From the NCBI GenBank assembly GCA_964016885.1, contig OZ024746.1, forward strand, positions 49,104,001-49,168,000: a stretch of DNA of 64,000 nt. Reading direction: 5' to 3'. The notes under the pieces are model-generated. The model worked only from the letters and a program-made list of their open reading frames with translations. It was not told the origin of the DNA and did no database searches. The DNA is from Eledone cirrhosa. Lineage: Eukaryota. Both the position numbers and the translations under genes were made by a program. This document shows positions 1-14,213 of the stretch, piece by piece; the first letter of the stretch is position 1, and every line of letters begins with the position of its first letter.

Positions 1-40
1 CCCACCCCGTCGCTTCATTCTTTCTAATTTCTCATTCTCT

Positions 41-70
41 TTTCTGATGAATGTCCGAAACGTTAAGGCC
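41..70 (+). ncRNA. Degenerate minimal hammerhead motif in a probable PLE pseudo-LTR 3' remnant ending at (TA)n
   Basis: CTGATGA(44-50)-ATGTCC-GAAA-CG-TTA. Core boxes are present but the 5' strand of stem II appears deleted; (TA)n follows at ~100-181. Confidence 0.4.
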
Positions 71-96
71 CTCTTCCTCCTATTTTAAGAGTTAAA

Positions 97-184
<88 letters not shown>

Positions 185-291
185 GGAGGTGAGTTTTATT
201 GTAGCACAATAAAGCAATGCAAATATCGGATAAGTAGCTCTCAACAGTTTATAGGACTGGAGTATAAATAATATAAGATCAAAAGATGGTT

Positions 292-345
292 AAAAGAGTT
301 CCATGTATTTTATTATGCGCCTAATAAAATACATGGAACTCTTTT
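292..345. repeat. Perfect 24-bp inverted repeat with 6-nt loop
   Basis: AAAAGAGTTCCATGTATTTTATTA-tgcgcc-TAATAAAATACATGGAACTCTTTT. Confidence 0.95.
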
Positions 346-429
346 TGCCTTTCATCCTTACGGGGTCGATAAAATAAAGTACCAGTAATGCACTGGGTAA
401 TTTGCTGGCCTTGTGCCTAAAATAGAAAC

Positions 430-434
<5 letters not shown>
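345..434 (+). mobile_element. 5'-truncated SINE (3' half)
   Basis: TTGCCTTTCATCCTTACGGGGTCGATAAAATAAAGTACCAG...GGCCTTGTGCCTAAAATAGAAACAATT matches the reverse complement of the full copy at 9148-9335. Confidence 0.9.
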
Positions 435-504
<70 letters not shown>

Positions 505-2474
505 CTGGTCATGGGTCTAAATTAAAACTCATAATTTTAATTTTGTATAATAATATACCAAATGTTAGGGCAAGATATAACATACATATGGAAAATAACA
601 CTTAAGAACATTACCTTTAATGTTGTATGTTATGAAAATCACAATGACAGGGAGAACAGATCGGCCCTTGGCCCATGGTCACTGTCAGATAATTCTCTTA
701 TAGACTGATGCTTCTCTAATTCAGATTCACTGCTACATTAAGATCTAGTAATACATAACGAAAACTAGTCAATCAGCTCTGACAAAAGAAATAGCATTTT
801 GTTATAAAAAAAAAAGATATTGGAAAGAAAATCAATATATCCATTTGAGTAGATATTTTCCCATTCACTCGGCTTGTCACTACTACTTTTGCGTTCATCG
901 CTTAATTTTGCCAGTCTATTTAGTAATACCAACTATGTATATGCAGTAGCGTAACAAATATCCATTGTATTTCAATGAATGAACGTCACGTGCAAGCCGT
1001 CTTGAAACATTTACATACTGGTAATTCAATCTCACTTGAAAGATTTCCGTTCATTTGCACTACTGGCGCCATGAGCAAAAGTGAAATATTTAGTCAATTT
1101 TACCACACACTTCTCCACCGCTATAACCACCATGCCATGCCTCCTTGATCACTATCATTCTTACTAGCTAAATCTGAATGACTACCATATCGAACTTCTA
1201 GAATATCCCTCCTCCTTTCACAATCTATCATTTGTACACTACTACTAACATCACTACTATTATTGCATTATGCCTAGCTTTTTCTAGTCCTATCAATAAC
1301 ATCAAATATATTTACAGAGAGAGAGGGGGGGGGGGGGAGGGGGCGAGAGAGAGTCTACGATGCTTACACTACTATTAGAATGACCACTACTAAACCTACC
1401 GTTAAAACATCACCACCACAACTATTCCATCTCAACTACCAGACTAAAGTTACTATCATTGCCGACTCTATTGCTGCTACTGTCTCCCACCACTAACACT
1501 AATACCAGCACCAAAATCGATACCAGAATGATAACATCAATGCTTCTAATATTCTATCAGCAACACCGGTATGCCATAAACTGCTAAGTTCTCCAGCTGT
1601 TTCACATTGATATTCTCATAAATTATATAATATTAAGCTTCCAGATTTGTTGAAACATCGAGGTTAGTTTGACTGTTAGTAGAAAGAGAATGACTGGAAG
1701 GAAATATACGTAGATATCTTCTACATAAAAAACAAATAGCCATCGCCTGGCAAAAAATACTACTTAATGAAAAGTGTGGAAAATAAATCATTTGCTCTAT
1801 GATACATTCTGACCAAGAAAGGCAGAAAAACAATCACATAATTTTAATTAATACAATTACTGAAACTATAGTGTTCCAGCATAGTGTTGGTAGAGGGCTC
1901 ATGTGTTACAGTGTCAGTACAGTGACTACTCTGGATATGTTTCGCCCTCCTCAACAACATAATATAACCGAGAGTTAGTTAATTTTTTTAGAGAGTTAGT
2001 GGTTATGGAACTGGGCTAATGCTCATAAGGACGTGATTTTAATTACGAAACTAATCGCAGCGTTATATCATTGTACAAATCAATTTATCTAACATTGCCC
2101 CGATGAAAACAAATATATGCAGCATCACTAATGCCCGGTTGTGTCATCCTTTTTATTTCCCCTGGAGAACAATGGTACCATAGAAAGAAGAGTCATCTAA
2201 ATTAGCAAGTCATGCTATTCTACAAGCGTGACAACTTCAAAGAATAAGAATGGAAAATACAGAAGGACTCTTTCTGTGTGAAAACCAAATAGATAGGTCA
2301 GTGGCAATGTGCTCGTAGTGAGGAAAGGAATTGTACGTAAAATCCCAAAACATTTAAGCGATGAACGACTAACGTTCGATACGCTGAGACAGGCTGTGAA
2401 ACTAATAATAATTTGTGCAATTGTCTTGTTTCTCTTCTTTTTTAACCTTGAACAACACACATATATATATAAAT

Positions 2475-2555
<81 letters not shown>

Positions 2556-3106
2556 CGTGCGTGAGTTGTATTAAAATGAAATACAATGGATGTCAATACT
2601 GCGGTAATAATCAAGCGAATAAACACACACATATATATGTATATGCGTGATTTTTAACAGTAGCTATCGTTTTATTTTACAATGTTTATTCAGTGATTTA
2701 TCAGCAAAATTTTGACATCCATTTTATTTCATTATAATACAACAATGATTGAATAGGAAACAGGATGAACCTAACTAAATAATATTACGAATATTAGTTC
2801 TCAGGGGTTTCCAAGTCGTTTTGTTTTCTAAATTAGCTCAACAAAAATTATGAAGATGCATTCAGCTGTGTATAATTGATTTGTCCGCAAGCAATTATCT
2901 TCGGCTCAATGCATCTTCAGTTCTTTAAAATTTCAAACCAAGATTCTATCGTTATTACTCCCACTTCTCTGCGACGGATATACATTGATGAATGTGGACA
3001 TGTCATCGAATATGAAATCATTGCATAATTAAAAGGATTGACTTTACTTTAGATTTTGCATTTTAAGTAATCTTTGTCATACTTCCCAAGTCGAGCGTCG
3101 GTTTCA

Positions 3107-3109
<3 letters not shown>

Positions 3110-3170
<61 letters not shown>

Positions 3171-3245
3171 CTCTCCCTGTCAGTATCTATCTATCTATCT
3201 GTCTATCTATCTAATTATCTATTTACCTTTCTTTCTTTCTCTATT

Positions 3246-3318
<73 letters not shown>

Positions 3319-3330
3319 TATCTTTCTTTC
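3110..3330. repeat. Compound microsatellite (CT)n/(TATC)n/(CTTT)n
   Basis: Directly visible simple repeats. Confidence 0.95.
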
Positions 3331-3506
3331 TTACTCTCCCAATCTCTTTACCTCCCTCTCTCTGCCATTCACTTTCAATGATCTGCTTCTTGCATACGTG
3401 TGTGTGTGTGTGGGGGGGGGTTATATGTGAGTGTATCTGACCACCAGATGAATTTCTACTTAACTGCACCTTTGAAGGTTTGTTTATATACATGGAATAA
3501 GTGAGT

Positions 3507-3637
3507 GAAGAAGAAGAAGAAGAAGAAGAAGAAGAAGAAGAAGAAGAAGAAGAAGAAGAAGAAGAAGAAGAAGAAGAAGAAGAAGAAGAAGAAGAAGAAG
3601 AAGAAGAAGAAGAAGAAGAAGAAGAAGAAGAAGAAGA
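3507..3637. repeat. Pure (GAA)n microsatellite, ~43 units
   Basis: Uninterrupted GAA run; source of the poly-E/K/F ORFs. Confidence 0.98.
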
Positions 3638-5962
3638 TTCCTTCCAGAGGTATCAAGCGTGTGGTCGCCTCTATGATATGGCAGTGCTAAACTGCAATAT
3701 ATATTTAAATCTGTTTCAGTCCTTTAACGTATTTTGTAACACTTCCGATTACATCGCATATCTCCCTACTTTCATGTGAACCCATACTAACACGGAACAA
3801 TCCTGTGGGATTTGATTCTTTACCCAGGCTGTTAATCCGTGAAGGAGGATGGTTTTGCATAATTATTTTTATATCATCTTGCAAATGTAATGGATTTATC
3901 AAATAGGGAACAAATATCAGCCTGAATGGATTTCATTTTATTTTTATTATAAACGTTTCAAACCCATCTTGTCTATTATTGTAGTCTAGTTTAGTTCCGC
4001 ATGTTAATATTTATCTGTTATTGCTAGGTTTATAAGTTATTAATTAGGGTTTTCATGGAAGTCTAGTTGGTGATTTGTTAAGGTGATAAAAGCTAGTCGT
4101 TTAGTCAATCATTGTCTTGTCTAGTAATAAGGCTACGTATCTGAACTTCTCTAACTTTGTTATATTGCTATGTAGTACCTACCTGTAGTTAGCATTTTCA
4201 TCCGAGTGTACAAACATACGATCTAATGTTTGGTAAATTTATTTCGATAGATGTTTGAGAATTTGTAGTAGTTAATGTTATTCACTATAAAATCTGCAAG
4301 ATTTCTTAACACTAGGTGCTAATTTTCTAGATGTTATTCGATTACAATATCTATAATCTATATTCATAAATTCAAATTCTGAATGAAGTAAAAGAGCTTC
4401 ACAGCGCATATGCCCTGCCATTATCTTTCTTTTCTCAAGTAAAATGTCTTGTTTCAAAATTTGAAAATGCTTTGTTTCTAAATTTGATACATTTGTGTAA
4501 CTCTATGATATCCAAAACGCTCTAATGACAGACGTTATGACTCCTTTCCAACATGTATATGTTAATTCATATAACCTGGAATTGTTTTGTTTTGTTCTGT
4601 TTTTTGTTTTGTTGTTATTTAATCTGCAAAAGATATTTAATCATATAGGTCACTTGTTTATGGAGCTATCTTGTAGATTAGGCTTAACAATTCATTTTAT
4701 TTTCAGAAATATATATATCTAAAGCTCCAAGCATGGTTGAAATTGCATTTGTTGATGCATTTTGCATTAGTTTCCTATGACCAAAGACATGAAATTTAAA
4801 TCCTGTTTACGCTTCGTGGCTATTAATTTCACTGTTGCGATTGTAATAAAAGTTGAATAACATTTTCATTGCTTTTATACATATCCTGGCAGAATCTGTT
4901 TAGTTTTGTGTTCTAAGAATGCAGCCAACTGTTTGCTATGTGTGTTCAAATCCGGTGGTGGCCTCCTTGGGTGATAGATATAGTACCCCTCCTGGTCTAA
5001 TAAAACTACGTGGCCCTTCTATGTCTTTAGGTGAATCCACTTTGTTGTAAAGCATACAGGTTTGTTATTCAGTTTAAGGATAGCATCGTCCCCATTATTC
5101 CTACCAGTCTTCGAATCCCTGAAAAGGTTCATTATTACTGCCATTTCTCGCAAACAAACAAACAAAAATTAAATTATTTTATTCATTTGGACAACAAAAC
5201 ATACTAAGTTATATATTCATATGTGCGTGTGCACCTCTGTTTATGTATATATAAAGATGGGAAACAGTGAGACAAAGACAATAAACGTCTAGTTTACTTA
5301 TTACGAAACTGTATATTTCTCTTTTGTTCATGGTTTATATCTTCTCTTCTCATTATTAAGAAACCTCGTTTATCTTTAGTTTTACTGTACAGGAAACATT
5401 TACCTCACATTTACATTCACTTCTAAAACTTCTGTTTCAGACATGAATGAGTATTTTTTTAATCTTTCTCATTACAATATATTTTTAAAAATACGACGTA
5501 CATAAATAGACTTCTTTTTATATAATTGTAGATCACAAATTTTCTTTTTGGTATATATATATATATATTATATCAAAGCTTTCTTTCTTCATCTTTTTCG
5601 TTTCATTGCTTTTCTTCGAGTTTGGAAGATGTTTTTGCTTTTTTTTTCGTTGTTGTTGTTTTGTAGTAAGCAAAATATTCTCAGTGATACGATTAAATGG
5701 AAATCGTATTTTGATTCTGTTTTATGTTTCTTTTGACGTTCAAAAGATAGAAGAAAAAGAATGGTATTTATAAACTAAAGCATTTTTTATTCTTTTCATT
5801 TTTCTCTTTTGGCATCGCCCGGAAGAAATTAACGATGATAAATATAATTTTGTATGGGAACAGTCAAAAATAAAGAAACAAACGTTTATATAGAAGATGA
5901 AAATGAATAAATTAAGACAGTAGAGATAGACAGAAATAAAGGAAATATAGATGGAAGAAAAG

Positions 5963-5966
<4 letters not shown>

Positions 5967-6033
<67 letters not shown>

Positions 6034-6146
6034 TGATTAAAAGTAAACGAAAAACAGAAAAAAAAGAGAAAGAAAAACTTGAAGAAGAACCAAACAGAGA
6101 GAGGAAGGTGTAAAAATGTTGTAAAGAAAGAAAGAAAGAAAGACAG

Positions 6147-6208
<62 letters not shown>

Positions 6209-6250
6209 CAAGAAAGAAAGAAAGAAAGAAAGAAAGAATACAAGAAAGAA
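5967..6250. repeat. (GA)n and (GAAA)n microsatellites
   Basis: Directly visible. Confidence 0.95.
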
Positions 6251-8174
6251 ACAGGGAAAACATAAAGTAATTATTATCAAATGTAGTTAATTAGCCTTTC
6301 CAACGTTCTAATTCTCTCTATAACTATATAGAACATATATCTAGCTATAGATTTTTACTGGAAAGTAGAACATCTACCAGGTTTATTCTGGATATTTTAG
6401 CAGACGTGTTTGTCTTTTCCATAGTAAACTGTTTATAAAGGAGCCTTTATATTTCTTTATAACTTCTTAAACAGTAAACGATACACATTTCAGAGTAAAG
6501 ATGACAGTCGATATTTTATATTATGGGTCATGGAGCGTTAAAAAGTACATTCGACGCCGTAGGATTCGCATTCAAAGCGTAACGGTTATCAACTATTTAT
6601 TGATTTCCAGCATTGGTGTATGGCCAAAGATTAGGATGAAATGAAACCTAGTACTTGATTAGTACTTTATTTTATTTACCCACAGAAAAATGAAAGATAT
6701 CACCGACAACACATGTTGGGAAACGCCCTACAGTTTCTTGTAAACCATTTCAGAATTACAAGTATTCAATTGAAGTGTAGAGCCGAGGGTTCATGTCTAC
6801 ATGCCACATGGCAGAGCTTTATTTATAGTATCACAGCTCCGATTCAAGTTATTTTATCATCCGTACAATCCATTTGACTACATATTTATGAAAATATACA
6901 GATATTATCGTACAATTGGGTTTATCTTACCTTTACCCACTAATTTATATTCGCAATGCATTATAACGCTCATGATGCAGACAGAAAACTATAAAACAGG
7001 TTTATAGTTCATTAAATTGATCTTAATATAGTCACGAATTTTAGATTATCGATCCCGGAGTGAGCTAAAGCAAAACAGGCTTACTTTTGAATAGTGTTTG
7101 ATTGTTAATATTTTGTTTCCACTTTGTCCAATTCTCTATTTGCTCCATCCACTGAACTTCGGCCATGCTAGTCAATATATTCTGAAAACTGTGTTATTAA
7201 ACAAGAAAGAGATACGAAGCAGAAATCACTTCCGGTATAAATGAAGGAAACAATATGGTGTCGAAGGACCTCTGTTTTCGGAAGGCTAGTGAGTAAATTC
7301 CTGCACCCGCCGCATGTTAGTTTGTTTAATAGTCGATGACTTTGCATATTAGTTTGAATTTGTGTTTGAATTTATGTATTATAGTTTTGTTACAAAAGGT
7401 GAGATAAAAGGAATTTACATGAAACATCACATTAACTCTCTCCTCACAGCATATGAACTTATCTAAACACATACAATTCACTAAAACCTCCCCCCTACGT
7501 AGACCACAACCACTTTTCCTTTATTTCTACTCAGTATATTCTCTGCATTTCTGTGTTTGTTTGTGTAATTTTATCCTTAATTTGTTATCCTCTATCCTCC
7601 ACGCTTCAAACGTAAACCTACTTTTACTACCGCCTAAAAACCCACCAACAAGTGTATATAAACGGATCTCGGGACCTCTGTCAAGAGTTTAGACGTGCCT
7701 TTGCACATATAAGCTCGCATATCTGACGAGATGTCGAAAAAGAGTCGGGCCCTGTCACCTTGATTGTACCCTGAGCTGATCGATATCGAAACAACTGTGA
7801 TATGCAATGTACACATGCTGTACCACCGACCTCGATACTTTAAATCTCTTTACACCCTGCACTCTACAGCCGTAAATCTCTGTTTGTGTGTGTGGGGGGG
7901 GGGGGGGGCGTGTGTGTGTGTGGACATGTAAGATACAGAATTGCTAAAGTACCTCTGCCATGGGGAGAATTACTTATTTATGTGAGTTTATATCGGTAAC
8001 AGTTGAATAGAAAGAATAAAACAACATAATATGTGATGCAGAATGATATTGGTTTATATTTGTCCGACTATGTAAATATTTATATATACCTTGTAAGGAT
8101 TATGTGTACTATATATATTGTTTAACTCTTTAATATATATATATGGATATGTATATATATATATATATATATGG

Positions 8175-8217
<43 letters not shown>

Positions 8218-8225
8218 TATGCATA

Positions 8226-8256
<31 letters not shown>

Positions 8257-8907
8257 TATGTATATATATATATATATATAAAGAGAGAGAGACAGAGAAA
8301 GAGAGAGAGTGAGATGCATATGTATAAAGACTATATTTGCCTGTGTGTAATATACACACTATTTAAAGTATTTGTGGTATAGGAAGATACATATATTAAA
8401 ATAATGAAACAAAATATATTACTATCACGGCAAGTCATGGTAAGTTTCCGGAACATTAAGTGATATACGCGATCCCCTGCCCCTTACTAGGTATATGGAA
8501 CCTTATACCTACAAAGTACAAAATAAATACGTAAACGATCTCTTGGAAAATATTTAGATTGGTGTATAAAGATGACTATAATATTCACAGTCCAAACAAA
8601 AAAAACTTCATATTTCGTAACTTCTATTGAAAATATAACCGATCGTGTCTAACAGTACTCAGGTCACAGACAGATTTCTGTTTTCAGCCATGGGAATCGT
8701 ATATGTATATATATATATATATATATAGCAAACATCACGAGCGCTCTATCTCAAAATTATTTTTAAAAAGCATTAGAAATGCGCAAACCGGTAAAAACTT
8801 AAAACTAAAACTGAATACTAACCAATACTTATTACTAATTTATACTTATTCCTAATTAAACTATTTTTCACTGGGAAAAATTTGTCAGCATTTTCTTTTC
8901 ATTTTTA

Positions 8908-8942
<35 letters not shown>

Positions 8943-9147
8943 CCTCATGGATAATGCAACGATTAGACATTTCCACAAACCACGAGCGAAACTGAATTTC
9001 TACGGACTAAGAGGTAAGATTAGGTAAATTTTATCTGACTGTTCCTAATAAAGGAATATCGATAACATTTATCTGTTATTTCTTCAAAGTTACATTTTAA
9101 ACTTAGTTCCGTTTAAATGATTATTATATATATACATATATAATAAT

Positions 9148-9335
9148 AATTGTTTCTACTTTAGGCACAAGGCCAGCAAATACCCAGTGCATTACTGGTA
9201 CTTTATTTTATCGACCCCGTAAGGATGAAAGGCAAAGTCAACCTCGGCAGGATTTGAACTCAGATCGTAAAGGGACGTAACTATGCTGGAAAGCATGGCG
9301 TCCGACACTCTACCGATACTGCCAATCCACCGCCC
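9148..9335 (-). mobile_element. Full-length tRNA-derived SINE (~190 bp) with target-site duplication
   Basis: Minus strand: GGGCGGTGGAT-TGGCAGTATCGG (A box)...GAGTTCAAATCC (B box), central GCCTTTCATCCTTACGGGGTCGATAAAATAAAGTACCAG (resembles the Nin-type central domain, from memory), ATT tail. TSD TATATAATAATAAT at 9137-9150 and 9337-9350. Confidence 0.9.
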
Positions 9336-9381
9336 TTATATAATAATAATATATAATAATAATAAACGAAAGAGAGAGAGG

Positions 9382-9413
<32 letters not shown>

Positions 9414-9985
9414 CCAAAATGCAATATAACGATTGTATAAATGTGATCGCATAAATCTTCCCTTCTTCACCAGTCCTAAATATAGTAAACTAAATGCCGT
9501 TCCTTACTGTTACCATCCTATTAAAGTAATGAATACAAACTCATTTTTTTTTATTTCACCTAGTCATAAATTATAAAGTATGAAATAGACAGTGACGTCA
9601 TGGATGTTGGACAGAGACATCCGCGAGAAGCATACTATGCATCTAAGGTGCGTCATACAGCTGCGGTATGCCACAGAGCTGCGATAACTTTTCACAGGCG
9701 ACTTATCCAACTATTGTATAAATAAGATATACCAGCTTTTTATAATAAAAGCAAATAGATTTCAAATTTTCAAACTTCAAAATTCAAACCCATTTCGCAA
9801 CTGATGTGATTGCTAGCATGTATAATATTATCGCGTTGTGGTTGAGTTATGTAAACATTTTACAATGGAAAGAAATTGAAAACAATCTATAATATAGATA
9901 TTATTCATAATATTCATAAGCGAATTCTGAAATGAAATAGAACAGAATCTATTGTCGATAGACCATTTACATAGTTCATGTTTTT

Positions 9986-10054
<69 letters not shown>

Positions 10055-10837
10055 TACGCATTAATTCCCCTTAGTCATTCAGACACTTCCGGAATCTGGA
10101 CAGCATGACCTATTAATTAAGAACCGACTGGATACGGTTTATAGCTTGATTATATGCTGAACCACCGCGAATTATACGATAGACAAGTGTTCTCTATATA
10201 TATTGCGTCTCATGGATTATGTGAGTGGTGGTGTGAGCGAAGACAGTGGTACGGCTTTGCCTACGATACAATAAGGTTTATAGTATGTGGAAAGTTTTTG
10301 ATATTTTGGTGTTTCCCTGCATCCGAGACTATATATCATACAGATGTATGAGAATAAATGACTTAATAATCCAGCCCACATAATAAGATCGATTGCCTGC
10401 TTCAACTGCCTGACCCTGCAAATATCATTCTGACGCACTCTAATCATGTATAAATAAGACACGCGTGCATGCTACACGTGAGACTGTTTCATACACTGAC
10501 TACTCTAAACTTTCCTCTTGCTTTATCTTCATAGACTGCCAACGCTTCATGTTTATCTTTATTTTCATTCTTGTTTTTATTTTATTTTTATCCTGTAACC
10601 TTTATATGTAAATTGCCATGCTATACCATTTGATGAATGTCACCCCACTGTTGATCAATATGCGCATATGTTTTATGTGTCTCTTGGGTTGAAAAGGAGG
10701 TCAAGTATGTTATAGATCAGTAAATAGTTGCTCCGAAGAATCCAAACCTCGGTTTGGAGGAAACAATTGTAAGCAAATAAATGACTTAAACTGAACTTTG
10801 ATTATTGTAATCTCTCTCTCTATATATATATATATAA

Positions 10838-11537
10838 TGAAAAATTTGAACAGGGACAGAACAGAGAGGCAGTACAATAAATGTTTATTAAATTCACGCT
10901 CAGGAGAGTGGGGGTAGGTGGGGGACGACGTTTCGGGCATAAGCCCTTCCTCAGGTGAGAAGTGTGTGGGAACAGAGCTCAAAAGGTGTGTAGGGGAGTG
11001 GTGGAGAGACATATAGCGAAAGGAAACGGTGCGAATGAAAAATTAAAAATTAACAAATAAAGACAAAAAATATATAAAAAATAAAAATAAAGCATGATCA
11101 AAATACAAGGAATGAGAAAATTTAAAAATAAACGCATGATCAAAATAAACTGAAATTAAAAGGGGGGTAGACAGGTGGTGGAAGGGTGTGGGGTGAGTAG
11201 GGGTGGTGGCGGGTGGAGTGGGGAGAGGGAGACGGGGTGTCCGAGCGAGGAGGGCTGAAGGTGGTGTGTGTGTGTAGGTGTGCGTGTGCGTGTGTGTGTG
11301 TGTATGTGAAAGTGAGGGTTGGGGGAAGAACGGGGTTGCATGTTCAGGAAGAGGTGTGGGGGGGGGGGGGGGTCGGAGTGTATGTGCGTGTGTGGATAGG
11401 GGGTGGGGGGGAGAGGAATCAGGAGGCTGAGGGTGTAAATATGTGGTGGGAAGCACGTGTGTGTGGGATTTAAGCGTGTTGTGGGTGTGGGTGGCGTGTG
11501 GAGAAAAACATTTTTTTGGGGTGTGTGTGTGGGTGAG

Positions 11538-11538
<1 letters not shown>
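10838..11538 (-). mobile_element. Non-coding ~700-bp PLE pLTR/retrozyme-like element between two (TA)n tracts
   Basis: Flanked by (TA)n on both sides; carries a minimal hammerhead near its 3' end; G/T-rich body on the + strand. Confidence 0.6.
10925..10956 (-). ncRNA. Minimal type I hammerhead ribozyme motif
   Basis: Minus strand AC-CTGAGGA-A-GGGC-TTAT-GCCC-GAAA-CG-TC-GT: perfect 4-bp stem II, palindromic ACGT stem III, weak (2-bp) stem I. Confidence 0.7.
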
Positions 11539-11627
<89 letters not shown>

Positions 11628-11632
<5 letters not shown>

Positions 11633-12108
11633 CAAATATAAATTAGCGAGAATCGTATTTCAGCACAGGAATTAACGAAAATCAACATCCGATATGTGTG
11701 GCAAGCGCTCGATGATTAATGCGAATGAGAGCTACAACATACGTTAAGGGCCAAACACACTGAGATGATTGTTAAACATACCATCCGCACAGCCAAAACA
11801 AACGACCAAGTAATTCGGGTCAAACAATAAAAATATATGTGTTGATACTTTCCCGGACCCTGGACTGATGGTAAAATCCAGTATTTGGTTTCTGCGACTC
11901 CAAAATCAGGTACTGTCCGCCTCCATAAAGAATGTCTGGCTTCAGGTAAGATGATGAACAAGGAAGTCGTGTTATCAACAGGTTTAGTTCTAGGATGCTA
12001 TAGAAAGTGTGTTTATTACTGACCCCACGTGGAGTTCAGCAAGGGAGGCAACACTTCTAATTTGCGAATGATTCAGTTGTGTATAATATTGCGAGAATGC
12101 AAAATATC

Positions 12109-12111
<3 letters not shown>
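11628..12111. repeat. Dispersed repeat copy (same family as 35410-36205)
   Basis: AAATATAAATTAGCGAGAATCG...GCAAAATATCACAA aligns with 35410-35881; flanked by (TA)n on both sides. Confidence 0.9.
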
Positions 12112-12153
<42 letters not shown>

Positions 12154-12158
<5 letters not shown>

Positions 12159-13032
12159 AATTCATAGAAATTCGGACTTGACTCCTTTTTCCTCACTTTT
12201 CGTTGCTTCACCATCTTTGTTTGTTTACACTCGTGTCCCCTTTATTTACGTGTCCCAACGACTTTTTTTAGCCGTTGCTCGCACCAACCGGAGGTATATG
12301 GTCTTTAAAGCGATGAAATACCAATGATGGTTGGAAGATCACTGATGAAGGACTAACTTTATTCATATGTAACCCATTAGCAACCACGCAGCACGTTTAT
12401 TCTCATATTTACACATATTTTTTTCCCCGCTGTGACCCGTCTATTTCGTTCTTACTGCTTCCTCTTTCTCTGTATCTTTACCCTCTCTAGCAGTCACTCT
12501 CTCTGTTAGCCTCTTCCTCACCCTTCACTCACTCATTCTCTGTTACTACCTTTCCTCCTCCTCCTTCTTCCCGTTTGACCTGTGCGTAATTCTTTTCTTT
12601 CGCACTCTTGGTCTGGCAGGTCGCTTTTTTCTCTCTCTCGTCTACGATTTCACAGAACTTACGTTCACCGAATTCACAGACTAGATCCCTTCTTCCTCCC
12701 GTTAGACTGTACGGAATTCCTTCCTTGCTCACATTCCAACCAGGTTTGATGGTCTTTATTCTCTCTCGTTCACGATTTCACCGAATTTAAATTCATAGAA
12801 ATGTGGGACTTGACACCTTCTTCCTCACTTTTCGTTGCTTCACCATCTTTGTTTGTTTACACTCGTGTCCTCTTTATTTACGTGTCCCAACAACTTTTTT
12901 TAGCCGTTGCTCGCATCAACCGGAGGTATATGGTCTTTAAAGCGATGAAATACCAATGATGGTTAGAAGATCACTGATGAAGGACTAACTTTATTCATAT
13001 GTAACCCATTAGCAACCACGCAGCACGTTTAT

Positions 13033-13040
<8 letters not shown>
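12154..13040 (+). mobile_element. Terminally redundant non-coding element (255-bp direct repeats, period ~631 bp) inserted in (TA)n
   Basis: 12154-12408 and 12785-13040 are near-identical; (TA)n on both sides. Strand assigned from the CTGATGA orientation only. Confidence 0.75.
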
Positions 13041-13131
<91 letters not shown>

Positions 13132-13159
13132 TATACACACACACATATATATATATATA

Positions 13160-13400
13160 TGAATGAAAATAGACCGAGAAACAGGAATGTCCTTCATCAG
13201 TAGTCTGCTGATTATCATTGGTATTTCTTCGCATTAAAGACTAGATACATAAAATCAGTGCGAGCGATAACTAAATTAACTTATCGGGACAGAGGAAAGT
13301 AAACAAACAACCTGGTAGTAATGCAACGTAAAGAGAGGAAAAGAGAGACAAGTCAATGAATCTTGTGGGCTTAAGTCCGACAAATCAAATGACGAGAAAA
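13160..13400 (-). mobile_element. Diverged relative of the 12154-13040 family in opposite orientation
   Basis: Reverse complement shares GTTTGTTTAC, GCTCGCAC, GTCTTTAAxGCGAxGAAATACCAATGAT and CTGATGAAGGAC in the same order. Confidence 0.65.
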
Positions 13401-13839
13401 GACAGACACGTCCAAGCCACGCGAAAAGTGGGAGAGGAAAGATTTTCACACAAGTCAGACGGGAGGAAGTGAGAGAGGGGGAGTAGCAGAGAGTGAGTGA
13501 GTGAAAGTGTGAGTAAGAGGCTAGCCGAGAGTGTGTGACCAGAAGCGGGGGGTGAATGAAAGCAAGAGGTAACGGAGAGTGAAGTGGGAGAGAGAAAGAT
13601 GATAGTAGTAAGGTAGCGGAAAACCCTCCAGTTGATGGATGCGAATCCGAAATATAGGGACAATTAAATCTATCCCAAGGTAACTCTATCTCATGTTATT
13701 ATTTTTATTTTTTATGGTCTTTACTACGTTCTTCTACACACTATACATCTCATTCTACATTCCCTTACATCTCTATCTTCACCACCGGATTCTGTTACTC
13801 GGAGATTTACCCATCTGCAATGTTGAGGCTTCCAAAACG

Positions 13840-13975
<136 letters not shown>

Positions 13976-14213
13976 CAAGGTCTAGCAAATAGAGAAAAAG
14001 TTTATAAAAGAAGTTCTAAAATAATTTTAAAAAAATTCACTGTACTTATATTGTATATATAATGGGTGAAAGGCGTCAGTTAGTCGTGCTGGAGGAGATA
14101 ATACAAAAGGAAATGTAAACAATGAAAACAGAATTGAGAATAAAATGCAAAAATCGAAAATCAAAACTGAGATGGAAATTGCAATCAAAATAAATAGATA
14201 GATAATAGATATG

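Noticed and set aside
3690-5150. Possible very old LINE remnant or exons on the minus strand
   Set aside because: Frames checked are interrupted and no diagnostic motif could be identified by eye; needs a translated search.
7723-7750. CTGACGA-GATGTC-GAAA..GTC hammerhead-like string
   Set aside because: Stems I and III cannot be formed and stem II is 1-2 bp; compatible with chance or extreme decay.
9250-9335. A/B boxes as a tRNA gene
   Set aside because: No cloverleaf evident; it is the head of a multi-copy SINE with tail and TSD.
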